Shown: piece after piece, positions 1 through 7,702 of the stretch
Layout of the letters: the number at the start of each line of letters is the position of its first letter
How positions within the stretch are numbered: position 1 is the stretch's first letter
Virus record (IMG/VR): IMGVR_UViG_2558309052_000002
DNA: 40,896 nucleotides
Source: a virus
Lineage: Duplodnaviria > Heunggongvirae > Uroviricota > Caudoviricetes
Strand: one strand, 5' to 3'
The notes under the pieces: generated by a model
What the model saw: only the letters and a program-made list of their open reading frames with translations
Database searches by the model: none
What the model was told of the DNA's origin: nothing
Made by a program: the position numbers and the translations under genes

Positions 1-1284
1 ATGGAATCCCTAACGTTACAACCCATCGCTCGTGTCGATGGCACTATTAATCTGCCCGGTTCCAAGAGCGTTTCTAACCGCGCTTTATTGCTGGCGGCAT
101 TAGCACACGGCAAAACAGTATTAACCAATCTGCTGGATAGCGATGACGTGCGCCATATGCTGAATGCATTAACAGCGTTAGGGGTAAGCTATACGCTTTC
201 AGCCGATCGTACGCGTTGCGAAATTATCGGTAACGGTGGTCCATTACACGCAGAAAGTGCCCGGGAGTTGTTCCTCGGTAACGCCGGAACGGCAATGCGT
301 CCGCTGGCGGCAGCACTTTGCCTGGGTAGCAATGATATTGTACTGAGCGGTGAACCGCGAATGAAAGAACGCCCGATTGGTCATCTGGTGGATGCGCTGC
401 GCCAGGGCGGGGCGAAGATCACTTACCTGGAACAAGAAAATTATCCGCCATTGCGTTTACAGGGCGGCTTTACTGGCGGCAACGTTGATGTTGATGGCTC
501 CGTTTCCAGCCAGTTCCTCACCGCACTGTTAATGACTGCGCCTCTTGCGCCGGAAGATACGGTGATTCGTATTAAAGGCGATCTGGTTTCTAAACCTTAT
601 ATCGATATCACCCTCAATCTGATGAAGACGTTTGGTGTTGAAATTGAAAATCAGCACTATCAACAATTTGTCGTAAAAGGGGGGCAGTCTTACCAGTCTC
701 CGGGCACTTATTTGGTTGAAGGCGATGCATCTTCGGCTTCTTATTTCCTGGCAGCAGCAGCAATCAGAGGCGGCACTGTAAAAGTGACCGGCATTGGACG
801 CAACAGTATGCAGGGTGATATTCGCTTTGCTGATGTTCTGGAAAAAATGGGCGCGACCATTTGCTGGGGCGATGATTATATTTCCTGCACGCGTGGTGAA
901 CTGAACGCCATTGATATGGATATGAACCATATTCCCGATGCGGCGATGACCATTGCCACCGCGGCGTTATTTGCAAAAGGCACCACCACGCTGCGCAATA
1001 TCTATAACTGGCGTGTTAAAGAGACCGATCGCCTGTTTGCGATGGCAACAGAACTGCGTAAAGTCGGTGCGGAAGTCGAAGAGGGGCATGATTTCATTCG
1101 CATTACGCCACCGGAAAAACTGAAATTTGCTGAGATCGCCACTTATAATGATCACCGGATGGCGATGTGTTTCTCGCTGGTCGCATTATCAGATACGCCT
1201 GTGACGATTCTTGATCCAAAATGTACCGCTAAAACTTTTCCAGACTATTTCGAGCAATTGGCGCGGATAAGTCAACCCGGCTGA
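1..1284 (+). CDS. aroA: 3-phosphoshikimate 1-carboxyvinyltransferase (EPSP synthase)
   Basis: 427-aa ORF, near-identical over its full length to the enterobacterial AroA sequence as I recall it ([41 protein letters not shown]..., [13 protein letters not shown] motif). Complete start and stop in window. Confidence 0.97.
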   Translation: MESLTLQPIARVDGTINLPGSKSVSNRALLLAALAHGKTVLTNLLDSDDVRHMLNALTALGVSYTLSADRTRCEIIGNGGPLHAESARELFLGNAGTAMRPLAAALCLGSNDIVLSGEPRMKERPIGHLVDALRQGGAKITYLEQENYPPLRLQGGFTGGNVDVDGSVSSQFLTALLMTAPLAPEDTVIRIKGDLVSKPYIDITLNLMKTFGVEIENQHYQQFVVKGGQSYQSPGTYLVEGDASSASYFLAAAAIRGGTVKVTGIGRNSMQGDIRFADVLEKMGATICWGDDYISCTRGELNAIDMDMNHIPDAAMTIATAALFAKGTTTLRNIYNWRVKETDRLFAMATELRKVGAEVEEGHDFIRITPPEKLKFAEIATYNDHRMAMCFSLVALSDTPVTILDPKCTAKTFPDYFEQLARISQPG

Positions 1285-1328
1285 ATGAATAACGGGCGAT
1301 AACATAGACAATCCTTTCTTTTCAAAGA

Positions 1329-1355
1329 CGTCGGCACATTGCCGGCGTTTTTTTT
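1329..1355 (+). terminator. Rho-independent terminator of aroA
   Basis: GC-rich hairpin CGTCGGCA-cat-TGCCGGCG (one mismatch) followed by a T8 run, 45 nt after the aroA stop. Confidence 0.7.
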
Positions 1356-1445
1356 CGGACCTTGTGGGGTATTTTTATTAATGGTAGCGTTAATTATCAA
1401 TGTAACTTGTTGATACATAATGTTTATATATAATTAATCAACGGA

Positions 1446-1520
1446 TGATTCACATGAAGAATGATGCGCCGCGCGATAAATGCACTCTATCTTGTGCGAT
1501 AAATGGCATCCACGCGGCGT
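1446..1520. other. putative prophage terminus with repeated transposase-binding-like motifs
   Basis: TGATTCACATGAAG at 1446 resembles the Mu end TGTATTGATTCACTTGAAG. Two direct copies of GCGATAAATG(C/G) about 24 nt apart (about 1471-1510), then CGTTTCATTATTTGAAAAAG. Boundary is an inference; no second end available to confirm a 5-bp target duplication. Confidence 0.4.
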
Positions 1521-1539
1521 TTCATTATTTGAAAAAGAA

Positions 1540-2112
1540 TTACATTTCAGGTTGCGTTATGACAGTCCCAACAGGGTGATAGCGGTAGATCGTTGACAGT
1601 CCAATATCATAGATAATTGCCAGCCGCTTTCTGTCATACCCTTTCTGGAGCAATCTTGCGATCTGCTCATGCTGCTCCTTCGTCAGTTTCGGGCGACGTC
1701 CTCCAACTCTTCCTTGTGCTCGCGCAGCAGCCAGTCCAGCCAGCGTGCGCTCAACTATCAGTTCACGCTCCATTTCTGCCAGTGCACCCATCATATGAAA
1801 AAAGAACCTTCCCATCGGAGTGCTGGTATCGATTGAATCCGTCAGACTGCGAAAATTGACACCTTTTGCGCGTAGCTCTTCTGTGAGAGCAATGAGGTGT
1901 TTCATTCTTCTACCCAACCGATCCAGCTTCCAGACCACCAATGTATCCCCTCTTTTAAGGCACTTTAAAGCGCGTTTCAGGCCTGGTCGTTCCGACTTGG
2001 TTCCGCTCATTTTGTCCTCAAAAATCTGTTCACATCCTGCGCACATTAATGCATTGCGTTGCAAATCTGTGTTTTGGTCATTTGTTGACACACGTATGTA
2101 GCCAATCAGCAT
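1540..2112 (-). CDS. Gin/Pin/Hin-family serine DNA invertase
   Basis: 190-aa product from ATG at 2112 (RBS AGGGAG upstream): MLIGYIRVSTNDQNTDLQRNAL...GDTLVVWKLDRLGR...RSLTDSIDTSTPMGRFFFHMMGALAEMEREL..., co-linear with Mu Gin. The longer ORF in the track (to 2241) is an upstream frame extension. Confidence 0.93.
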   Translation of the reverse strand: MLIGYIRVSTNDQNTDLQRNALMCAGCEQIFEDKMSGTKSERPGLKRALKCLKRGDTLVVWKLDRLGRRMKHLIALTEELRAKGVNFRSLTDSIDTSTPMGRFFFHMMGALAEMERELIVERTLAGLAAARAQGRVGGRRPKLTKEQHEQIARLLQKGYDRKRLAIIYDIGLSTIYRYHPVGTVITQPEM

Positions 2113-2180
2113 TAAAAATACTCCCTTTTGAGTGGTTAAAGTACTGAGATAATGTGGGGAGGATTTGAGAGATAAACGTT

Positions 2181-2696
2181 GGTTTAGGAGAAGGCTCGGC
2201 GCTACCCGTTGGTGTGCCTGTTCCGTGGCCCACCGCCACACCGCCAGCAGGCTGGTTAAAGTGCGACGGGCGCGCCTTTACAAAAGAACAATATCCTGTT
2301 CTGGCCAGAGTCTACCCGACCCTCCGTCTTCCCGATTTACGCGGTGAGTTTATCCGTGGATGGGACGACGGGCGCAAAGTTGATACAGGACGTAAGTTGC
2401 TGTCCGCACAAGGGGCAACGCTGTTAAGAACAGCAATGCTGGATTATTATAACCAGGACACTACGGGAACCTCGGGGATAGTCGGCATGGGATTCAACAA
2501 TGAAGATTCCATTACAGACCTTCGTGAGGGCAGCTTTAAAATGCCGGACGGGACAACATTCAGCGATCCTGTCGTGGCAATGTCAGACAATGGTATGCAG
2601 GCTACTATTCTGACCTCTATCAGAAGCGGGTATGCGAAGGGTATCACTGTCAGACCCCGTAGCATTGCACTTAATTACATTGTGAGGGCAGTTTAA
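2181..2696 (+). CDS. alternative tail-fibre C-terminal variable cassette (A), currently silent
   Basis: Frame open from 2169 with no credible own start. Begins with the shared LGEGSALPVGVPVPWPTATPPAGWLKCDGRAFTKEQ block, then a unique region, ending ...RPRSIALNYIVRAV. Confidence 0.7.
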   Translation, partial: GLGEGSALPVGVPVPWPTATPPAGWLKCDGRAFTKEQYPVLARVYPTLRLPDLRGEFIRGWDDGRKVDTGRKLLSAQGATLLRTAMLDYYNQDTTGTSGIVGMGFNNEDSITDLREGSFKMPDGTTFSDPVVAMSDNGMQATILTSIRSGYAKGITVRPRSIALNYIVRAV

Positions 2697-3310
2697 TGAG
2701 TAACACTGCAGTTCTGGATGAAAACGGTATCGCCACTGTAGCGGGCGATATCACTGTATATCACTATGACGAGGAAACCCGGGAATACACCTCATCCTCT
2801 GTGGAGTATCTCGCCCTTGGGGTGGGTACTCCGGCACATTCGTGCGCCGATGCACCGCCGGAAGCAATTTCGGGTTACGTGGTTTGCCGGACTGCCACGC
2901 TGAACGGGTGGGAGCATGTGCCTGATCACCGCGGCGAGACGGTATACAGCACGGAGAACGGTAACCCCGTTCTGATTACCCAACCGGGTGATTACCCGGC
3001 GGACACCACCACAAAACAGCCAGCCACGCCATGGGATACCTGGAACGGTGAGGCGTGGGTAACCGATACTGAACGGCAGCGAGCCGCAGAACTGGAGGTT
3101 GCCAGACAGCAACGCCAGCAACGGGTGAAACAGGCGATGGCGTCCGTCGATCTTATCAACCTCAAACTGCGTGCTGGTCGCAGTCTGAAACCAGAAGAAA
3201 CGGCAAAACTGAACGCCGTGCTGGATTATATCGACGAGCTGAACGCACTGGATATCAGCAAGGCACCTGAAATCAGCTGGCCGGAAGCGCCACTGGCGCT
3301 TGCCGGCTGA
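2696..3310 (+). CDS. tail fibre assembly protein (chaperone) paired with cassette A
   Basis: 204 aa. ATG overlaps the cassette A stop (TAATG). Resembles phage tail-fibre assembly proteins (Mu U / P2 G type). Confidence 0.75.
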   Translation: MSNTAVLDENGIATVAGDITVYHYDEETREYTSSSVEYLALGVGTPAHSCADAPPEAISGYVVCRTATLNGWEHVPDHRGETVYSTENGNPVLITQPGDYPADTTTKQPATPWDTWNGEAWVTDTERQRAAELEVARQQRQQRVKQAMASVDLINLKLRAGRSLKPEETAKLNAVLDYIDELNALDISKAPEISWPEAPLALAG

Positions 3311-3316
3311 ACGGTA

Positions 3317-3778
3317 TCACGCCGCCCTCACGATATAGTTAAATGCGATATTGCGGGGGCGAGCTGATACATAAGCCCACCAGTCATATCTTTGTGCACC
3401 TTTAGAGGATGCATCAAATATCCACTTTTTGCCATTTAAGACCCCCAGTTGATTAGAGGTTAAAGCGTCACCAAATCCGTATTGTGTAGAGCCGAGCGAA
3501 CTGATATCTCCGGTATCATTATCATCAAAACCGGATACGATAGTCCCTTCCTGAAATGAAAGTAGCGCACGCCCGGTATCAACCTTGCGACCACCGTCCC
3601 ATCCACGGATAAACTCACCGCGCAAATCGGGAAGACGGAGGGTCGGGTAGACTCTGACCAGAACAGGATATTGTTCTTTGGTGAACGTAGCTCCGTTGCA
3701 CTGTAACCAGCCTGCTGGCGGTGTGGCGGTGGGCCATGGAACCGGTACACCAACAGGCAATGCAGAGCCTTCCCCCAA
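3317..3778 (-). CDS. alternative tail-fibre C-terminal variable cassette (B), silent, no ATG
   Basis: 153-codon frame beginning TTG-GGG-GAA (LGEGSALPVG...) 10 nt after the expressed fibre stop; ends ...RPRNIAFNYIVRAA. Diverged homology block (about 85% to A/C). No downstream assembly gene. Confidence 0.6.
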   Translation of the reverse strand: MGEGSALPVGVPVPWPTATPPAGWLQCNGATFTKEQYPVLVRVYPTLRLPDLRGEFIRGWDGGRKVDTGRALLSFQEGTIVSGFDDNDTGDISSLGSTQYGFGDALTSNQLGVLNGKKWIFDASSKGAQRYDWWAYVSARPRNIAFNYIVRAA

Positions 3779-3788
3779 ACCAACGTTT

Positions 3789-5042
3789 CTATGCCGCCCT
3801 TACGATGTAATTAAACGCAATGTTACGGGGACGAATGGTCACATAATTAACCCCATCGCCTCGCGAAGGACCTGCAAATGAAAAACGGGAGAATCCAGGT
3901 TGGTTGTCAACGATTTGGTCATAGTTATTGATTGAATGACCAGACCCAATGTCAAAATTACCTGCGTAATGAGAAAAACTTGTACCATCCTGCCGTGAAA
4001 GCAGATCGCGCCCTGTATCCACTTTTCGCCCGTCGTCCCATCCACGGATAAACTCACCGCGTAAATCGGGAAGACGGAGGGTCGGGTAGACTCTGGCCAG
4101 AACAGGATATTGTTCTTTTGTAAAGGCGCGCCCGTCGCACTTTAACCAGCCTGCTGGCGGTGTGGCAGTGGGCCACGGAACAGGTACACCAACGGGCAGC
4201 GCCGAGCCTTCCCCCAAACCAAGGTAATTGAGGACATCTTTTATACTGCCCTTAGCGATAATAGCGCGACCAATAGCTGTAAGGGTTGCCAGCTCTGCGC
4301 GGTCTGCTCCGGTAAAATAAGGCAACCGATCTGCTGCAGTGGCAAGTCCTGCCAGAGCAGTGAGCGTGGCATCTGCCGGTTGTTTTCCGTTTGCCAGATC
4401 GTATGCAGCCTTGACCGCTTTCGGTGTGGCGGCCAGTATTTCAGACGTGCTGTTGATGGCACTGCTCAATTGTACGGTGCCTTTTGCCGTCAGCGAGGCA
4501 GCAGGCACTCCCGTTATCTGACTCCACGGGTGAGTGTGGCTGACGGGCGCCTTGCCGGCTGCAAGGTCGTATGCAGCCTTGACCGCCTTCGGCGTGGCAG
4601 CCTCAGTTTCTGATTGACTGTCCGTGGCGCTGCTCAGTTGTACGGTGCCTTTTGCCGTCAGTGAAGCCGCAGGCACTCCCGTTATCTGACTCCACGGGTG
4701 AGTGTGGCTGGCAGGCGCCTTGCCGGCTGCCAGGTCGTATGCAGCCTTGACCGCTTTTGGTGTGGCGGCCAGCGTTTCAGAGGTGCTGTTGGTGGCACTG
4801 CTCAGTTGGGTGAACCCCTTAGCTGTCAGTGTCGCGTCCGGGTGGTTACGGGAACGTACGTGTTCAGCCAGTGACTGTGCGGCTTCCTCCGTTTTCTTCT
4901 TCAGCCATTTCGTCCTGTTTGCCAGTTGCCGGGGGGCTCGATTTGATATCCCGTCTGCACCACCCAGAACCGGATCTGATGTCTCCAGTTGATAGATATT
5001 TTCTTCCCACTTTTCTGTTTCATTCAGGTTTCCCATAATCAA
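3789..5042 (-). CDS. tail fibre protein (constant N-terminal part fused to variable cassette C)
   Basis: 417 aa. ATGA overlap with the upstream gpI-like gene; internal 56-aa tail-fibre repeats; C-terminal 140 aa is homology block C plus a unique tip ending ...NIAFNYIVRAA. Confidence 0.9.
   Translation of the reverse strand: MIMGNLNETEKWEENIYQLETSDPVLGGADGISNRAPRQLANRTKWLKKKTEEAAQSLAEHVRSRNHPDATLTAKGFTQLSSATNSTSETLAATPKAVKAAYDLAAGKAPASHTHPWSQITGVPAASLTAKGTVQLSSATDSQSETEAATPKAVKAAYDLAAGKAPVSHTHPWSQITGVPAASLTAKGTVQLSSAINSTSEILAATPKAVKAAYDLANGKQPADATLTALAGLATAADRLPYFTGADRAELATLTAIGRAIIAKGSIKDVLNYLGLGEGSALPVGVPVPWPTATPPAGWLKCDGRAFTKEQYPVLARVYPTLRLPDLRGEFIRGWDDGRKVDTGRDLLSRQDGTSFSHYAGNFDIGSGHSINNYDQIVDNQPGFSRFSFAGPSRGDGVNYVTIRPRNIAFNYIVRAA
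4388..4829 (-). repeat. in-frame tandem repeats (168 bp, about 2.6 copies) inside the tail fibre gene
   Basis: Protein repeat LTAKG(F/T)(T/V)QLSSA.(N/D)S.SE..AATPKAVKAAYDLA.GKAP.SHTHPWSQITGVPAAS occurs twice in full and once in part. Shadow ORFs on + at 4393 and 4729 (336 nt apart) share ARSYAALTAFGVAAS. Confidence 0.85.
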
Positions 5043-5617
5043 CTGCTCCCGTGGTTATAACTGCCATCATGGATGGCGGTATTGTTATAGCGAATGGCCA
5101 CAGACTGATACTCCAGGCTGGCCAGATGGCAGCGGGCCGGTGCAAATGCAGCCAGCGTCTGACGCAGCATCGCGGCCTGATCGTTAGTAATGGGCTGTTT
5201 CAGAATAACGCGATAAACTGCCCAGGCGGCTGCATCTCCATGAACAAACAGTCCGTTATAGCTGCGATTGCCGTCGTAACTGAGACGACCTGTGCCTTCA
5301 ATCAGATCCACTTCACCAAAGCCAAAACGGCGGATAACTTCCCGGATTGACCACGGCGTCCCTTTATACCGGTGCAGTTCGATGGCTGCTTTTATAAGCA
5401 TGCGGCGAACATCGTCCGATTCCGCCAGCTCCCAGCCATCGCCAGACAGTGAGAACTGCTCGCCCAGCCATGGCAGCGCGGAACTGTCGACGATATCGAC
5501 GAGAAAGACCATCAGTACGCTCAGGTCGATGTTATCCAGCCGTCCTGCCAGTCTTCCCAGCGTCCTGAGACTGATATCACCCTCAAGCGGTGGCGGGAGT
5601 TGTAATGGCTCAGTCAT
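5039..5617 (-). CDS. tail/baseplate protein, P2 gpI-like
   Basis: 192 aa; sits between the baseplate J-like gene and the tail fibre as in P2/Mu modules; ATGA-type overlaps on both sides. Confidence 0.7.
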   Translation of the reverse strand: MTEPLQLPPPLEGDISLRTLGRLAGRLDNIDLSVLMVFLVDIVDSSALPWLGEQFSLSGDGWELAESDDVRRMLIKAAIELHRYKGTPWSIREVIRRFGFGEVDLIEGTGRLSYDGNRSYNGLFVHGDAAAWAVYRVILKQPITNDQAAMLRQTLAAFAPARCHLASLEYQSVAIRYNNTAIHDGSYNHGSS

Positions 5618-6713
5618 CAGACACTCCAGTCATGTTAAGAGTGATTGCCGTACAGTTTGCCCATTCGTTTTCTGCCACCACCCGCAGTGCCGGTGTCACC
5701 AGTTCAACCTGGTACACCCCGGAAACGGACAATGCACTGATAATCTGGCTGGGGACAATATCGCGCCCCAGCGTGGCGGCACGTGATGCCACCCAGTTCT
5801 GTATGGCGCTGTTAGCGGCATCTTTTACAGACCTGGCATCCTGATCACGATAGATCGTAATCCTGGCTTCAATGGTGTAATCCACCTTCACTGGTGTTTT
5901 AGCCCGCACTGTATCAGTGAGTGGCCTGACTTTCTCATCAGAGCAGAAACTCTCTACCAGCGTGAGAACACCGCCGTCCGGCAGACCGGTACTGAGCAGC
6001 GGATACAGATCTACGGTCCCGGGAACCGGGGAAAGCACAGCAACATCGACAATGTTGGGATGGGCCTGCATGGCATGAAAGCGGTATGCGCCACGGCTTC
6101 CGGCATTGGTGAATGACTCCGGGGCCAGCCTGATACGCTCCCGGAGCCTGTCATCGTCTTCCTGTTCTGAACCGCCGGAACTGGCCATCAGATTGCTCAC
6201 CAGCAGGTTAACGTTATCAATCTCATCGAGTAACTGACTGACCTGCGCAGGTTGCCAGCCGTTACCAGCGGTACCGGGTTCGGTACAGGTGGCCGTGACA
6301 TTGACCAGCAGCAATCCGGCCTTCAGTACCACATCTGTATCGGTGGCAAAAATAACGCTGTCGGAAGCGCTGACGCGGGTGCCTGCCGGGATCAGCACAT
6401 CAATGGCCAGTGCCTCATCTACGGAGAACTGGAGCGTGGTGGTGGCAGGCTGCGCGGCAAGACGGTATACACCGACCAGTTCACCGAGGTAATCAATCAT
6501 CGGCTCACGGGCAAAGGCGACCAGATTCTGCTTTGCTGCCTCCTGTACCGCAACCCTGACCAGCATTTCGCGATAGGCCCACAGATCAATCAGCAGACGT
6601 TCTGCCTGTGCCGGGTACAGCGTTTTGCCGGTATCCGCTTCATACTTCGCAATCATTTCTGCCGTGATTTTGTCGGCATCGCGTTCAATAAAATCGGGTT
6701 CTGTCAGCGCCAT
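5610..6713 (-). CDS. baseplate protein J-like
   Basis: 367 aa; conserved position between gpW-like and gpI-like genes; overall resemblance to baseplate J family. Confidence 0.8.
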   Translation of the reverse strand: MALTEPDFIERDADKITAEMIAKYEADTGKTLYPAQAERLLIDLWAYREMLVRVAVQEAAKQNLVAFAREPMIDYLGELVGVYRLAAQPATTTLQFSVDEALAIDVLIPAGTRVSASDSVIFATDTDVVLKAGLLLVNVTATCTEPGTAGNGWQPAQVSQLLDEIDNVNLLVSNLMASSGGSEQEDDDRLRERIRLAPESFTNAGSRGAYRFHAMQAHPNIVDVAVLSPVPGTVDLYPLLSTGLPDGGVLTLVESFCSDEKVRPLTDTVRAKTPVKVDYTIEARITIYRDQDARSVKDAANSAIQNWVASRAATLGRDIVPSQIISALSVSGVYQVELVTPALRVVAENEWANCTAITLNMTGVSDD

Positions 6714-7051
6714 AGCAGCTCCTGAGTCCGGGTCTGTCCGTCTGAGCCTTTCCAGCTCACCCGGAGCGTAAGATGTTCGCCGTCGACGGCGGGTTTAACT
6801 GACATAAGCTGGCAGCGGGGCTCCCAGCGCCGGATGGCATCGACGGATTCGCGCACCACATGCGGAATGGCCCGGTCTACAGGCCAGTCGATATAAAGAT
6901 GCAGATTGCTGCCGAACTCCGGGCGATGCGGGTCGCTGCCGCGGGGAGTCCGCAGGATAATTTGAATCGCCTGCCGGATATCATCCAGCCCCCGGACAAT
7001 TTCGCCGGGAGCCTGCAGGGCTGGTTGCCAGAATACTGAGGTTGTTTTCAT
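6704..7051 (-). CDS. baseplate protein W-like (GPW/gp25 family)
   Basis: 115 aa, ...RGSDPHRPEFGSNLHLYIDWPVD... typical of the gpW/gp25 baseplate wedge family. Confidence 0.8.
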   Translation of the reverse strand: MKTTSVFWQPALQAPGEIVRGLDDIRQAIQIILRTPRGSDPHRPEFGSNLHLYIDWPVDRAIPHVVRESVDAIRRWEPRCQLMSVKPAVDGEHLTLRVSWKGSDGQTRTQELLWR

Positions 7052-7105
7052 GGGGGCAGTATTGCCCCCGTGCGGGAACGCTGATATTAAAGGCGTTTAA
7101 AAAGC

Positions 7106-7702
7106 TCAGTGGGAGTGGTGGCTGGAGTTTTCGCCATCAGACAACATACTGCCCGTGGCATGGACATTCCCTTTAATCTCGATATTGCCATGGATGGTCG
7201 CGGTAACACCTTCACCACCAGAACCCGCCATGCCTCCTTCGTAAATCAGCTTACCCCTGACACGCAGATCTCCGGTAAGTTCGGTTTCCGGTGCGTCAAT
7301 CGTGGCTTTCTGTGTTTTCAATACCACATCAGCACCACACTCAATGACAATATGCTCAATGCCGCCCCGGATGATCAGAGTGTGCGTCTTCCGGTTGTAG
7401 CTGTACTCTGCACCATCAGCAAACCGGGTTCCCCGGATATTTTTGTCACTGAACGGTGGTTTATCGACGTCTGAATACACCGCGCCCAGAATAACACCAT
7501 CCTCGCCGTTGGCATCGAGCAGCACCTCAACCTGCTCCCCCACGTCAGGGAGCCAGTAATCTTTGTTATCCTGGGTATTGCGCTGCAGCACGTTAAGCCA
7601 GTTTGTGCGCAGGTTATCGCATTCAGGCAGACGAACGCGGGCCTGAACCCTGTCGGCATCAACGGCACTGACCGTACCGACCTGACGAGTGACACCAGTC
7701 AT
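7106..7702 (-). CDS. baseplate assembly protein V-like (spike/hub)
   Basis: 198 aa with a glycine-rich C-terminal region; position between D-like and W-like genes. Confidence 0.75.
   Translation of the reverse strand: MTGVTRQVGTVSAVDADRVQARVRLPECDNLRTNWLNVLQRNTQDNKDYWLPDVGEQVEVLLDANGEDGVILGAVYSDVDKPPFSDKNIRGTRFADGAEYSYNRKTHTLIIRGGIEHIVIECGADVVLKTQKATIDAPETELTGDLRVRGKLIYEGGMAGSGGEGVTATIHGNIEIKGNVHATGSMLSDGENSSHHSH

Larger units (their letters stand above)
2167..4234. other. invertible tail-fibre host-range region with three homologous crossover blocks
   Basis: Three copies of a roughly 200-bp block encoding LGEGSALPVGVPVPWPTATPPAGWL(K/Q)C(D/N)G...PDLRGEFIRGWD(D/G)GRKVDTGR: copy A on + (2181-2388), copies B (about 3570-3781) and C (about 4013-4220) on -. 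A and C share about 140 bp of perfect identity (2235-2374 vs 4027-4166). Adjacent to the invertase gene. Confidence 0.8.

Noticed and set aside
1285-1540. tRNA or integrase-type attachment site at the prophage junction
   Set aside because: No cloverleaf-compatible sequence or integrase gene; the element carries a transposase and B-like ATPase instead, so transpositional insertion is the better explanation.
2165-2347. 60-aa ORF in another frame across homology block A (also 3460-3783 and 3678-3881)
   Set aside because: Alternative frames of the conserved fibre cassette sequence; the cassette frame has the cross-copy protein conservation.
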